A DNA stretch of 56,317 bases from an uncultured Thermotogaceae bacterium. Lineage in GTDB: Bacteria > Thermotogota > Thermotogae > MWEM01. The notes under the pieces were generated by a model. It had not been told where the DNA came from. It was given only the letters and a program-made list of their open reading frames with translations, and searched no databases. Position 1 is the first letter of the stretch; each line of letters opens with the position of its first letter. Shown here piece after piece: positions 10,014-19,569 of this stretch. The position numbers were made by a program, and so were the translations under genes. The DNA lies in NCBI GenBank assembly GCA_964629135.1, contig CAZVPY010000001.1:38011-94327 (forward strand). The letters are read 5' to 3'.

Positions 10014-10045
10014 AAAAAAGGGTGTGATCTCTCACACCCTTTTTA
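10014..10045 (-). terminator. intrinsic terminator (symmetrical, A-run/T-run flanked)
   Basis: GGGTGTGA (10020-10027) pairs perfectly with TCACACCC (10032-10039) around a 4-nt loop. The stem is flanked by AAAAAA and TTTTT, and it lies 4 nt after the stop of the 46-aa ORF. Confidence 0.8.
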
Positions 10046-10048
10046 ATC

Positions 10049-10189
10049 TTACTGTGTAACCTTTACTCCTACTATCTTATCTTTTCCCAATTTCTTTTTG
10101 ATTTTAATCTTTGCTTCTTTCTGATTAACTGCATCAACACTAACAGACTTAATGGTATCTCCGTTCAAATAATCCACGGTGAACCTCAT
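10049..10189 (-). CDS. small hypothetical protein (46 aa), not in the ORF track
   Basis: Hand translation gives MRFTVDYLNGDTIKSVSVDAVNQKEAKIKIKKKLGKDKIVGVKVTQ*. AGGGGG lies 8 nt upstream of the ATG at 10189, and a strong terminator follows immediately downstream. Confidence 0.5.
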   Translation of the reverse strand: MRFTVDYLNGDTIKSVSVDAVNQKEAKIKIKKKLGKDKIVGVKVTQ

Positions 10190-10289
10190 AATACCGACCC
10201 CCTATATGATGATATGGATAATAATTGAACCTACTAATACAAGACGCAAAGAATCAACAACTTACTTCAAAAATTATGAAATAATGAGA

Positions 10290-10718
10290 TTAAACAATCT
10301 CAACAAGTTCTAAATCAAAAACCAATATTCGTCCCACCAGTGGATGATTCCCGTCAAGAATCACTTCATCACCAAGGATATCAACAACAGTAAAAACAGC
10401 AACCTTGTCTCCCTCTCCCTGCATGTTCAATCTCAAACCTGGCTTTAATTCTAAATCCTTTGGAAATTGAGATTTATCAAAAACAAATCGTAGTTTTTCG
10501 TCATATTCACCATATCCTTCAGCCGGTGGTATTTTTATAGTCGTTTTTTCTCCCTCTTCAAGACCAATTACGGCATTTTCAAATCCTGGAATGACTTGTT
10601 TCCCACCAATTGTAAATTCCAAAGGCTCTCTTTCTCTCGATGAATCAAATTCTGTACCATCTTCCAATGTTCCGGTATAATGTACTTTTACCGTGTCTCC
10701 GTTCTTTGCTTTAGACAT
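10290..10718 (-). CDS. FKBP-type peptidyl-prolyl cis-trans isomerase (SlyD-like)
   Basis: The ORF has VKVHYTGTLEDGTEFDSS...PLEFTIGGKQVIPGFENAVIGLEEGEKTTIKIPPAEGYG and an IF-like insert before the last strand (GNHPLVGRILVFDLELVEI). Confidence 0.9.
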   Translation of the reverse strand: MSKAKNGDTVKVHYTGTLEDGTEFDSSREREPLEFTIGGKQVIPGFENAVIGLEEGEKTTIKIPPAEGYGEYDEKLRFVFDKSQFPKDLELKPGLRLNMQGEGDKVAVFTVVDILGDEVILDGNHPLVGRILVFDLELVEIV

Positions 10719-10815
10719 ATACTACCCCTTTCTATTTTGTTATAGCTTTGATAATAATCATCCAAATTCTTAGTTGAATTTTCTGATTTATCTTTTATCC
10801 ATAATTCAGTTATGA

Positions 10816-11904
10816 TCAATTAGCTGATTTTATTATACCATAAACTTCATCAGAGGGTTTTCCAATCGCTGTTGGAACTTGAATCTCGCCTGTTAAAATT
10901 TTCTCTTGGATTTCAGATAATTGCGCTTCAATCTCGGGATTTTTTTCAAGAAAACGGGTAAAGTAGTGGTTATAAGCAAGCCCAATAACTCCTTCTTTTA
11001 TACCCATAGCTACATTTCTCCCAAATTTTAAATCTCCCTTTTCATAAAGCTCTACAGTTTTCACAAGTGATTGACCAATATCTTTCAACATGCTGGTTAA
11101 AATGTGATCGTTATATTCCGGGTGGGAGGATTCAAAAACAAGATGTGCATCTGAATCAACGCCAATTGCCCAAGCGTTGTTTTCTACTGCTGCAGGATAA
11201 ATACCATTCCCAGTATTTGCTGCAACGTTAAATATCACATCCGCTCCATTTTGATACATAACATTTGCCAATTCTCGTCCTTTAGCGGGGTCATTCCATA
11301 TACCAGCATATGAAACAAGCACCTTGATTTCTTGATTTATATATTGTGCACCTTTTATAAATCCAACAATGAAATCGTTAACGATAGGCGAATCAACACC
11401 ACCTAAAACCCCTATTGTATTTAAATCATTGGTAAACTGCAGATTTTCAGATTGAGAAACTAACGCTGCTAGTGCTCCGGCTAAAAAAGCTCCCTCATTT
11501 TGCTTATAGGAAATCGCATAGATATTGGACAAATTCCCTTCTGAAAAATCGATTTTTGCATCATACAATATATACCTGTTCTCAGGATAAAAGCCTGCAA
11601 TTCTAATTAAAGGATCAACCATTGGCCATGTCCCTACCACAAGAATATCATAGTTTCCAAATGCAGAAAGTTCATCAAGGGTCGGTTCCCAGATTGCAGG
11701 ATTGTACGCCATCTCCACAATCTTCGTTTCTGCACCCATATCTTCCTCTAAAACACTTAATCCATGAGCTGCTGAATCGAAAAAGGATTTATCCCCCAAC
11801 TCACCGTTGATCAAACAAGCAATCCTTAAAGGATTGGCAAATACGTTTGTAATAAATAGCAAAAAGATAATGAAAATCATAATCAGGCTATTTTTCATTT
11901 TCAC
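10816..11904 (-). CDS. BMP-family (PnrA/Med-like) substrate-binding protein, exported
   Basis: It has a signal peptide (MKMKNSLIMIFIIFLLFITNVFA) and a BMP-like pattern (ACLINGELGDKSFFDSA..., GAFLAGALAA, GVLGGVDSPIVNDFIVGFIKGAQ, AIGVDSD). GGAGGTG precedes the ATG. No ABC permease or ATPase genes are adjacent. Confidence 0.8.
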   Translation of the reverse strand: MKMKNSLIMIFIIFLLFITNVFANPLRIACLINGELGDKSFFDSAAHGLSVLEEDMGAETKIVEMAYNPAIWEPTLDELSAFGNYDILVVGTWPMVDPLIRIAGFYPENRYILYDAKIDFSEGNLSNIYAISYKQNEGAFLAGALAALVSQSENLQFTNDLNTIGVLGGVDSPIVNDFIVGFIKGAQYINQEIKVLVSYAGIWNDPAKGRELANVMYQNGADVIFNVAANTGNGIYPAAVENNAWAIGVDSDAHLVFESSHPEYNDHILTSMLKDIGQSLVKTVELYEKGDLKFGRNVAMGIKEGVIGLAYNHYFTRFLEKNPEIEAQLSEIQEKILTGEIQVPTAIGKPSDEVYGIIKSAN

Positions 11905-12008
11905 ACCTCCAATTAGTTAAAGGTATTTTATCATATGAAAACCATCTCACTCTTTCTAACCATTAAATGTTATAATACACGAAAGTGCTTTTTGGGAGTT
12001 GATGTTAT

Positions 12009-12356
12009 TTGAAGAATGCTTTTGAAATATTAGTGAAAATTGAGGAGTGTTCAAAAGAAGCGCTGGAAATCATTAAAAAAGGCAAATTTGAAGAACTGCC
12101 AATTATTCTTGATCAAAGGAGTGAATTAATTTCCTCATTATACAAAGCGGAAAGCACTAATCGCGAAACTGAAAAAACCGTGTTACACCGTATTGAAAAA
12201 TTGGAATCAAAAATGCTGGAAATGCTCAAGAACAGTACAAGTGAGACAAAACAATCGATTAACACTGTTTCTGTTGGAAAAAAGGCTGTTAAAAATGGAT
12301 ATTTTAAATCAAAATTAGAATATGAAAAACACAATCGTTTTTTAAAGAGAGGATAA
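12009..12356 (+). CDS. hypothetical helical protein (115 aa)
   Basis: The start is TTG with GGGAG upstream, and the stop lies 3 nt before the mtaD start. The composition is helical and coiled-coil-like. I recognise no family. An extended -10 (TGtTATAAT, 11968-11976) lies upstream. Confidence 0.5.
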   Translation: MKNAFEILVKIEECSKEALEIIKKGKFEELPIILDQRSELISSLYKAESTNRETEKTVLHRIEKLESKMLEMLKNSTSETKQSINTVSVGKKAVKNGYFKSKLEYEKHNRFLKRG

Positions 12357-12359
12357 ATA

Positions 12360-13619
12360 ATGAAAAAAATCATCGATAACTTACATATTTTAAGGGATGA
12401 AACAATCATAGAGAACGGATTCATCGAAATTGAAGACGGATTTATTTCAAATATCGGAGAAGGTTCAACTAGCAAAACTAACGCGGTGATAATTGATTTA
12501 AAAGGAAAACGCGCATTAGCTATTCCCGGAATGATCAATTCTCACACCCATTCAGGTATGGCTGCATTGAAAGGGGCTGGTGATGATTTACCTTTTGAAA
12601 AATGGTTGTTTCAAACGATCGTTCCTCTTGAGGAACAATTAGATGATGAGATGATTTATCTATCTACAATGATATCCCAAATGGAAATGGCAAGAAACGG
12701 GATCACAACATTTGTAGATATGTACATGATGCTTGATTCTATTATTAAGGCTGTTTCTGAATTTGGAATGAGGGCTTACATAACCAGAGGTCTACAAGAT
12801 GATTCTTTAGAAGATGGACAGCGTTTGAAAAAAAATATAAAAGCATATGAAAAATATCACAGGACAGCAAATGGAAGAATTTCTGTGGGTTTTGGACCGC
12901 ATTCTCCGTACCTCTGTTCAAAAGATTACCTAAAAAAGATTGCGGATGTTGCCAAAGGTTTGAATGCCTTGATTCACATTCATTTAAAAGAAACTAAAAA
13001 AGAAAGTCATCAATATAGTTTTAGAGAATTGGCAAATATAGGTTTATTTAATACACAAACTATAGCTGCCCATTGTGTTTACGCCGATTCAGATGACATT
13101 CAAGTCTTGAAAGAATTCAACGTTTCTGTTGCTCATAACCCTTCTTCAAATTTGAAACTGGCAAATGGTATAGCACCAATTGCGAAAATGTATCAAGAAG
13201 GTGTCAATGTATGCCTTGGAACTGATAGTGTATCCAGTAATAATTCTTTAGATTTATTTAAAGAGATGCTATTGGCATCATTGATTCATAAGGGAGAAAC
13301 AAAAGATCCCCAAGCAATTCCCGCAACTGAATCATTTAAAATGGCAACTTCAAATGGTGCAAAAGCAATTGGCCAAAGGAACATAGGGATTCTAGAAAAA
13401 GGGATGCGTGCGGATATCGCCTTTGTGGATATGGATAATATCAATCTTTTTCCTTTAATAAAGCCAATTTCCAATATGGTCTACTCTGGAAGAGGTTCTG
13501 ACGTTATGGCCACAATGGTGGATGGAGATTTCATTTACTATTTCGGGACCTATCCAAAAATCAATGAAGAGGCCATCAAGAAACAATTCATGGAGAAATA
13601 CGTCAAACTTTATAAATGA
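12360..13619 (+). CDS. mtaD: amidohydrolase, 5'-methylthioadenosine/S-adenosylhomocysteine deaminase type
   Basis: The 419-aa ORF has the metal-binding motif INSHTHSGMAALKG, then HIHLKET, HCVY and LGTDSVSSNNSLDLF, which is the MtaD/TM0936-like layout. Confidence 0.82.
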   Translation: MKKIIDNLHILRDETIIENGFIEIEDGFISNIGEGSTSKTNAVIIDLKGKRALAIPGMINSHTHSGMAALKGAGDDLPFEKWLFQTIVPLEEQLDDEMIYLSTMISQMEMARNGITTFVDMYMMLDSIIKAVSEFGMRAYITRGLQDDSLEDGQRLKKNIKAYEKYHRTANGRISVGFGPHSPYLCSKDYLKKIADVAKGLNALIHIHLKETKKESHQYSFRELANIGLFNTQTIAAHCVYADSDDIQVLKEFNVSVAHNPSSNLKLANGIAPIAKMYQEGVNVCLGTDSVSSNNSLDLFKEMLLASLIHKGETKDPQAIPATESFKMATSNGAKAIGQRNIGILEKGMRADIAFVDMDNINLFPLIKPISNMVYSGRGSDVMATMVDGDFIYYFGTYPKINEEAIKKQFMEKYVKLYK

Positions 13620-13629
13620 AGGTTTTTTT

Positions 13630-14313
13630 ATGACATTGTTAGACAATTTCAATTTAACTTTTTTTTTAAGACAAGTTTTGGTTCGTTCTCCTGCCGTTTT
13701 ATTTGCATTGGGTTTACATGAATATGCCCATGCTTTTATGGCAGTTAAACTCGGTGATGACACACCGGTTTTATTAAAAAGAAATACCATCAACCCTTTA
13801 AAGCATATTGATCCTATAGGGTTAATTTGCTTCATTATTTTAAGTTTTGGTTGGTCAAGAAGAATACCCGTTAACAACCTAAGGTTAAAAAACAAAAATA
13901 AAGACACATTTATCATTGCTTTTTCAGGTCCAGCCTTTAGTTTATTATTAGCCATAATAGCGGCTTTTGTTTTTTATGGTTTTGGAATACATAAGTACAG
14001 TTGGTTCTTTAATCCAAATCCAAAAAATACCTTTTTTATTCTTAATTATTTATCCGATGTATTAGGATCGTTTATGGTTATTAATTTAATCATTGCTATT
14101 TTTAATCTAATTCCTATTATGCCTTTGGATGCTTCAGCATTATGGTCTGTATTTGTGACCACAAAGCATATGAAAACAGTAATGAAATATCAAGTTTATG
14201 GCATTCTTCTTTTGTTGATTTTGATTATTATGGGGATTATACAGGCGATAATGTATCCCGTCATTTCGGGTTTTAACACCATGTTTATCAATTTATCCGG
14301 TATCTTTGGATAA
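13630..14313 (+). CDS. site-2 protease family (M50) zinc metalloprotease
   Basis: It has the HExxH motif in LGLHEYAHAFMA, a later FNLIPIMPLDAS motif and multiple TM helices. I chose the ATG at 13630 (MTLLDNF). The longer track ORF (13522) overlaps the mtaD 3' end. Confidence 0.8.
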   Translation: MTLLDNFNLTFFLRQVLVRSPAVLFALGLHEYAHAFMAVKLGDDTPVLLKRNTINPLKHIDPIGLICFIILSFGWSRRIPVNNLRLKNKNKDTFIIAFSGPAFSLLLAIIAAFVFYGFGIHKYSWFFNPNPKNTFFILNYLSDVLGSFMVINLIIAIFNLIPIMPLDASALWSVFVTTKHMKTVMKYQVYGILLLLILIIMGIIQAIMYPVISGFNTMFINLSGIFG

Positions 14314-14328
14314 AGATGGAGGGGTTTT

Positions 14329-15216
14329 ATGAGAAGCGAAAAAAAGATTTATAACTTTTTGCAAATTGAAAATGATATTTACAAAAAGATAGTAGAAGAA
14401 CTTTTAGATGTTTATTTGGAATATATACCATACCCCGTTAATGCCGTGATTAGTGATCATCAAGAGGTCATTCAGGAAGGCACTCATTTGCAAATCATAG
14501 AAGGAAAAGGCTTGTTTGGATTTATTGACGGTGATCAAAAATTCTTTTTGGAAGATTCCATTAATAACAAAAACATTTTTTTGGGAGTTAATTGGTTTTT
14601 GGAACACAATTTGAACGCTAACTTTGATTTTTGTTCGCCTTATTCCATGCGTAGGAGAATCATTTCCGTATTGGAGCCTTTGATAGTTTTGATGGAGGTT
14701 GAGGATTCAAAAGGATACAGTCATTCTCAGCGAGTGGCTTCTCTGTTTACTTCATTTGCAAAATATTTGGGATTGGAGCCAAACGAAAGTGCTTTATTCA
14801 TCCACTATGCCATGTTACATGATGTTGGCAGAATTGGTGTTGAACAATTAATGCTCTACTCCCCAACACGTTTGAGAAATTTTGAGGAAACGGGACAAGA
14901 CCATACAATAACAGGTTCAGTCTATATATCAACCTTGGAAGTGTTAAACGATTTCGTCCCCTATGTCAGAAGTCATCACGAAAGATTTGATGGCAAGGGA
15001 TTTCCTGATAGGCTTAAGGGAGAAGAAATTCCCTATTGGGTCAGGGTATTAACCATTGTGAATTGGTATGATAACGCACTAAATACCGTTGATTCTGAAT
15101 TTTCAATTGGAGTAATGACTGAAAAAGAAGCTTTGGAAGTCATTGAAAATGATAATGGAAAACTCTTTGACCCGGACATTGGCAAGGGATTTATTTCTTT
15201 TATCAAAAAAGGATGA
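14329..15216 (+). CDS. HD-GYP domain protein (putative c-di-GMP phosphodiesterase) with unknown N-terminal domain
   Basis: It has HSQRVASL, MLHDVGRIGV and SHHERFDGKGFPDRLKGEEIPYWVRVLTIVNWYD, with GFP in place of GYP. GGAGGGG lies upstream of the ATG. Confidence 0.85.
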   Translation: MRSEKKIYNFLQIENDIYKKIVEELLDVYLEYIPYPVNAVISDHQEVIQEGTHLQIIEGKGLFGFIDGDQKFFLEDSINNKNIFLGVNWFLEHNLNANFDFCSPYSMRRRIISVLEPLIVLMEVEDSKGYSHSQRVASLFTSFAKYLGLEPNESALFIHYAMLHDVGRIGVEQLMLYSPTRLRNFEETGQDHTITGSVYISTLEVLNDFVPYVRSHHERFDGKGFPDRLKGEEIPYWVRVLTIVNWYDNALNTVDSEFSIGVMTEKEALEVIENDNGKLFDPDIGKGFISFIKKG

Positions 15217-15221
15217 AATGA

Positions 15222-15776
15222 ATGAAACCTTATAATATTTCCAGTATCATAGCAGCAGTATGGAATCCAAGGGATGAACTCGAATATTTAGACACTTACA
15301 GCGGTAACACCGTCTTTCTTCTTAGTTCAGATTTGGTGAATCTTGGAAATCACATCAAAAAAATCAAAAAAAAGGGGTTTAAGGTTTTTTTGGATATTGA
15401 TTTTTGTGATGGTTTAGGAAACGGAGAATACGCCTTCAGATATTCCACTTTGCAAGGAGTGGATGGAATTATTACGGTCAAACCTAAGATGATAGATATC
15501 GCCAACAGTTATGGCGTACCAAATGTGTTAAGAAGTTTTGCCCTTGACAGCAATTCTCTCTTGAGAATCAACGAAATGATCACAAATATTAATCCAATGT
15601 TTTTGGAAATACTTCCTGGTAGTGCGTTTCCCAAGGTTTTTCATTATCTTACTTCAAATGGGTTAAAAACAGACAACATGATTGCGGCTGGGTTAATTGA
15701 AACAAAAAAAGAAACGGAAGAACTTTTTAATTGTGGCGCTAAAGCTATTTCTACAAGCAAAACACAATTATGGTGA
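15222..15776 (+). CDS. glpP: GlpP-family (glycerol-3-phosphate responsive antiterminator-like) protein
   Basis: It is colinear with B. subtilis GlpP as I recall it: IIAAV..., DIDFCDGLG, GIITVKP, FALDSNSL, LEILPG, and a C-terminus AISTSKTQLW (B. subtilis AVTTSNTKLW). Confidence 0.8.
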   Translation: MKPYNISSIIAAVWNPRDELEYLDTYSGNTVFLLSSDLVNLGNHIKKIKKKGFKVFLDIDFCDGLGNGEYAFRYSTLQGVDGIITVKPKMIDIANSYGVPNVLRSFALDSNSLLRINEMITNINPMFLEILPGSAFPKVFHYLTSNGLKTDNMIAAGLIETKKETEELFNCGAKAISTSKTQLW

Positions 15777-15791
15777 TAGGAGGAAAATAGT

Positions 15792-17060
15792 ATGAAAAAA
15801 ATCATGATATTGATAATGAGTTTGATCTTTTTATCAGTTTTTGGTCGTGAGTTTTTAATGATCTATCCCAATGGATTATCTATCAAGGGTGATAGTGTTG
15901 TTGTAAATTCTGAAAGTTTTCAGTTAGATCTTCCTGACAGCTGGATTGCAGATTCCTTTACATCAGAACCCTACCCACAAAGTTATCAATATGTGGTTCA
16001 AAAAACTTTCGATTATTCAGACACACTAAAAGAAGCGAAAGGAAAAAAGATTAAATGGCGTTTTGAGGATGGCACAATTAAGGAGTATAAGCTTCTTCTG
16101 GATGATCCTATATTATTATCTGATGAAAACGGTGTTTTTTCACCTAAAAGTGGCACCGCTGTTTTTGATGATGTACAGATAAAAGAACCACAACAATATC
16201 TTGATTTACATTTTAACGATGACATTAAACATTTGAATTTTTCATACATGTTTAACAACCTTTCCTATTCAACTGTTTATATTATGAACTTGAATGATGA
16301 AAAAGAACAAGCTGAAATCATTGGAACAATAATCATTAATAACGCGACTAAGAAACAATTTCAAACTGACCATTTGTATATTTTTTCGGGAGAAATTAAT
16401 ACAGTTTCAACTGATTATGCCGTTAAAGCCCTGAGAAGTTTTAACTATGAAGCAGATTCTAATAATGGTGGATCTACAATGGAAAGCTTCAGTGATTATA
16501 AGATTTATTCTATACCGGGTACCTATTCTTTTAATCGTTTTTCAAAAGACTATATTCAATTCTTACATTCTATAGAATCTTATGACATGATTTATACTTT
16601 TAATGCCTACTATACCAATCGGAGTACAGAATTTCAGACTTTCGATCAAACCATTAAATTCTCGAAACTTTCACAACCATTAATGGCAGGAAAGGTAAGA
16701 ATTCAGAAAAGCGATCAAGAAAAAACTGTCTTTTTGGGCGAAAATACCATCAACAATAACAGTAAAGGTCAAGCCTTGGAAATTAGTTTTGGAAAAGCTT
16801 ATGATTTGCAAGGAAAGGTGGAGTTAATCCAATCAAACCGGAGTGGAAATACCTACTTTGAAGCATACAAATTCACGGCGAAAAATTACGCGACTGAAGG
16901 TAAAAACATACAACTAAACTTTACAATTCCAAGAGATTCTGATGTAGAAGTAGACGTATACGATTTTTCCAGACCAACAGCAACTTTACTTCAAATCCCC
17001 TTGACACTACATGGGAAAATGGAAGTTGAGGTTACTTTTGAAATCAGATATGATCGTTGA
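15792..17060 (+). CDS. hypothetical exported protein (422 aa)
   Basis: It has a signal peptide (MKKIMILIMSLIFLSVFG) and GGAGG upstream of the ATG. The composition is beta-rich. I recognise no family confidently. Confidence 0.6.
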   Translation: MKKIMILIMSLIFLSVFGREFLMIYPNGLSIKGDSVVVNSESFQLDLPDSWIADSFTSEPYPQSYQYVVQKTFDYSDTLKEAKGKKIKWRFEDGTIKEYKLLLDDPILLSDENGVFSPKSGTAVFDDVQIKEPQQYLDLHFNDDIKHLNFSYMFNNLSYSTVYIMNLNDEKEQAEIIGTIIINNATKKQFQTDHLYIFSGEINTVSTDYAVKALRSFNYEADSNNGGSTMESFSDYKIYSIPGTYSFNRFSKDYIQFLHSIESYDMIYTFNAYYTNRSTEFQTFDQTIKFSKLSQPLMAGKVRIQKSDQEKTVFLGENTINNNSKGQALEISFGKAYDLQGKVELIQSNRSGNTYFEAYKFTAKNYATEGKNIQLNFTIPRDSDVEVDVYDFSRPTATLLQIPLTLHGKMEVEVTFEIRYDR

Positions 17061-17643
17061 AGAAATCTTAGAAAGAATCAAAAAAAACCTTAATCCAAAA
17101 CGCCTGGAGCATACAATGGGAGTTTTGGATTATTCAATTTTGCTGGCTGAAAAGCATGATGAAGAGATCTTACCCGTTAAAATTGGCGCCCTTTATCATG
17201 ATGCATACAGGAATCATAAAAAGGGTGAATTGATAGAAATGGCAAAAAATCATCAGCTTCATATAACAAAAGAAGAAAAGTATAATCCGATTCTGTTACA
17301 TGGAAAATTGGCAGCCAACGAATTAAGACAAAAATACCCAACCCTATTAAGAATTGATGAAATAGCCCAAGCAGTTGAGTATCATACCAGTGGATATGTT
17401 TTTAATTCAAAAATAGGTAAAATCATTTTTATTGCGGATTCTTTGGAAAAGAACCGAATTTATCCTGGTGTAGAGGAACTAAGAAAACTTTCAATAGAAG
17501 ATTTGAATGCAGCTTTTTTCCTTATTCTTAAGGGAAAAGTCAGATTGGCATTAGAAAAAAATCATTTGATACTAAAAGAAACCTTAAAGGCTTATAATAG
17601 AGCGTTAATAAATAGGGAGAGCATAAATGATCAACATTCTTGA
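17050..17643 (+). CDS. yqeK: YqeK-type HD-domain hydrolase (bis(5'-nucleosyl)-tetraphosphatase family)
   Basis: It has RLEHTMGV, LYHDAYR, EYHTSG and IADSLEKNRIYPGVEELRKL, which are colinear with B. subtilis YqeK. I chose the ATG at 17050 (MIVEEIL) by length comparison. An alternative ATG lies at 17011. Confidence 0.78.
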   Translation: MIVEEILERIKKNLNPKRLEHTMGVLDYSILLAEKHDEEILPVKIGALYHDAYRNHKKGELIEMAKNHQLHITKEEKYNPILLHGKLAANELRQKYPTLLRIDEIAQAVEYHTSGYVFNSKIGKIIFIADSLEKNRIYPGVEELRKLSIEDLNAAFFLILKGKVRLALEKNHLILKETLKAYNRALINRESINDQHS

Positions 17644-18661
17644 ATTCGATTTGAATGAACTAAAACAACATTTAAAAAAAAGGGGTGTCAAACCTTTTAG
17701 GGCACTGCAGGTTTTTGATTGGATATTCAAAAAACATATTTTTGATTTTTCAAAAATGCTTAATCTCCCAAAAGATTTCCGGGATATGTTGAAAAAGGAA
17801 TATGTCATTGGCTTACCAGAATTATCTAATAAGCAGATTTCTTCTGTAGATGGCACAAAAAAATATCTTTGGAATCTGAATGACGGAGAAAAGATCGAAT
17901 CTGTGTTACTTCTCCATAAAGACAGAAATACAGCTTGTATTTCAACTCAGGTAGGTTGCAGCCTCAAATGCAGCTTTTGTGCCACAGGAAAATCCGGTTT
18001 TTCTCGAAATCTGAAGGTATCGGAAATTGTCGGGCAAGTATTGGCAATGTCTGTAGAGCATGGAGAAAGAATAGGAAATATAGTTTATATGGGAATGGGA
18101 GAACCTTTTCTTAATTACGATAATCTGAAGAAATCCATTCAAATACTTAATTCCAATGAAGCGTTTGATATTTCAAAAAGAAGAATTTCAGTATCCACAG
18201 CCGGAATCATACCCGGTATCCTAAAAATGGCAGAAGATTTCCCTGAAGTTGTACTGTCTGTCTCGTTACATGCACCCAACAACAGGGTCAGAGAAAGATT
18301 AATGCCAATTAGTCAAACTTACCCATTCCAGCAGTTGATTCATACAATTAAGCGATACAATGAAATCACTGGTAAACGTGTGACTATTGAATATTTGTTA
18401 ATCAAGGAAGTAAACGATTCTTTGGAAGATGCCGTTTTATTGACAAAAGCACTGAAAGATTTAAAGGTAAATCTTAATTTAATTCCTGTTAATCCGGTTA
18501 ATCCTGACTTTGAAAGACCAAGTTTCAGACATATAGCAGCTTTTAAAGAAATTATTGAAAAAAGCGGAGTAGATACTGTTATTAGACAAGAGAAAGGAAC
18601 GGATATCGCCGGAGCTTGCGGGCAGCTAAAATCTCAAAGTATCAAGGGGGAAATGTTTTGA
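17627..18661 (+). CDS. rlmN: 23S rRNA/tRNA (adenine-C2)-methyltransferase RlmN (radical SAM)
   Basis: It has FRALQVFDWIFKK, the radical SAM cluster motif GCSLKCSFCATG, MGMGEPFLNYDN and a C-terminal DIAGACGQL. Confidence 0.92.
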   Translation: MINILEFDLNELKQHLKKRGVKPFRALQVFDWIFKKHIFDFSKMLNLPKDFRDMLKKEYVIGLPELSNKQISSVDGTKKYLWNLNDGEKIESVLLLHKDRNTACISTQVGCSLKCSFCATGKSGFSRNLKVSEIVGQVLAMSVEHGERIGNIVYMGMGEPFLNYDNLKKSIQILNSNEAFDISKRRISVSTAGIIPGILKMAEDFPEVVLSVSLHAPNNRVRERLMPISQTYPFQQLIHTIKRYNEITGKRVTIEYLLIKEVNDSLEDAVLLTKALKDLKVNLNLIPVNPVNPDFERPSFRHIAAFKEIIEKSGVDTVIRQEKGTDIAGACGQLKSQSIKGEMF

Positions 18662-19545
18662 AAAAGATTGCTGTAGGTATTTTAATTGTTGTCGTATTTA
18701 TTGGAATGTTTTTCTTCTTAAAGGCGAGTTTCGCCAATGAAATCTTTATTGATCCCGTGATTTTCACCGTTGGACCTTTTGAAATCCATTGGTACGGAGT
18801 CATTATCGCCACCGGTATCATCATTAGTTATCTTATCGGAAGAAGCCTTGCGATGAAAGAGGGGATAGATGACGAACATGTTGCTGAAGCGTTAATAGTT
18901 GGTGTGATTACTGGAATTATAGGTGCAAGATTGTATTATGTTTTCTCCAGATGGGATATTTATTCCCAGGTACCAGGAGAAATCTTTAAGACTTGGCATG
19001 GTGGAATGGCCATTCATGGTGGGGTTATTGGTGCCATGATAGGTGTTTTTATTTATACAAAACTCAGAAAAAAATGTACCTTCACTTTTTTGCAGGGTTT
19101 TGATATTGCCGCTCTTATGCTTCCCTTAGCACAGGCTATAGGAAGATGGGGGAACTTTTGTAACCACGAGGCTTATGGTAAACCCACCGATTTACCTTGG
19201 AAAATGTACATACCTCTCAGATTCAGAATGCCTGGGTATGAATCTTTTGAGTTCTTTCACCCGACATTTTTATATGAATCTCTCTGGAATATCGGAGTGT
19301 TTGTCTTTCTTTTCTGGTTTTATAAAAATAAAAGGAAAAATTTTGGTGAAATTCTCGCATTATATATGATTTTGTATTCTATTGCAAGGTACTTCATAGA
19401 GGGGTTAAGATTGGACAGTCTGTATTGGGGTGAATATCGTGCAGCCCAAATTACAAGTGTTTTATTGATCGTTTTGGGTATTATTTTATTTATTTTAGTG
19501 AGAAAATTTGGAAAAGACAATCACTCTAAAAAACTGCAGTCATAA
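18658..19545 (+). CDS. lgt: prolipoprotein diacylglyceryl transferase
   Basis: It has DPVIFTVGPFEIHWYG, HGGMAIHGGVIG and AIGRWGNFCNHEAYGKPT. I chose the TTG at 18658 because AAGGGGG lies ~8 nt upstream and it overlaps the rlmN stop (TTGA). An alternative ATG lies at 18706. Confidence 0.88.
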   Translation: MKKIAVGILIVVVFIGMFFFLKASFANEIFIDPVIFTVGPFEIHWYGVIIATGIIISYLIGRSLAMKEGIDDEHVAEALIVGVITGIIGARLYYVFSRWDIYSQVPGEIFKTWHGGMAIHGGVIGAMIGVFIYTKLRKKCTFTFLQGFDIAALMLPLAQAIGRWGNFCNHEAYGKPTDLPWKMYIPLRFRMPGYESFEFFHPTFLYESLWNIGVFVFLFWFYKNKRKNFGEILALYMILYSIARYFIEGLRLDSLYWGEYRAAQITSVLLIVLGIILFILVRKFGKDNHSKKLQS

Positions 19546-19569
19546 TAACAGAAAGGAAGCATAGAGTAT

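Noticed and set aside
13522-13629. The track ORFs have N-terminal extensions at several genes. Examples are 13522 for the M50 protease, 44531 for the TM partner, 40877 for ahcY, 41325 for the 155-aa gene, 55937 for yidD, 28518 for the kinase, 29714 for the 835-aa protein and 8234 for the S41-like gene.
   Set aside because: In each case an internal ATG is preceded by a good SD sequence at 5-8 nt and gives a homolog-like N-terminus or a signal peptide. The extension overlaps the upstream gene. I trimmed the coordinates accordingly.
12113-13955. Two long minus-strand ORFs (12113..12538, 141 aa; 13455..13955, 166 aa) lie opposite the 115-aa gene, mtaD and the M50 protease gene.
   Set aside because: They lie entirely antisense to well-supported genes, have no RBS and have low-complexity hydrophobic translations. 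These are shadow ORFs typical of AT-rich DNA.
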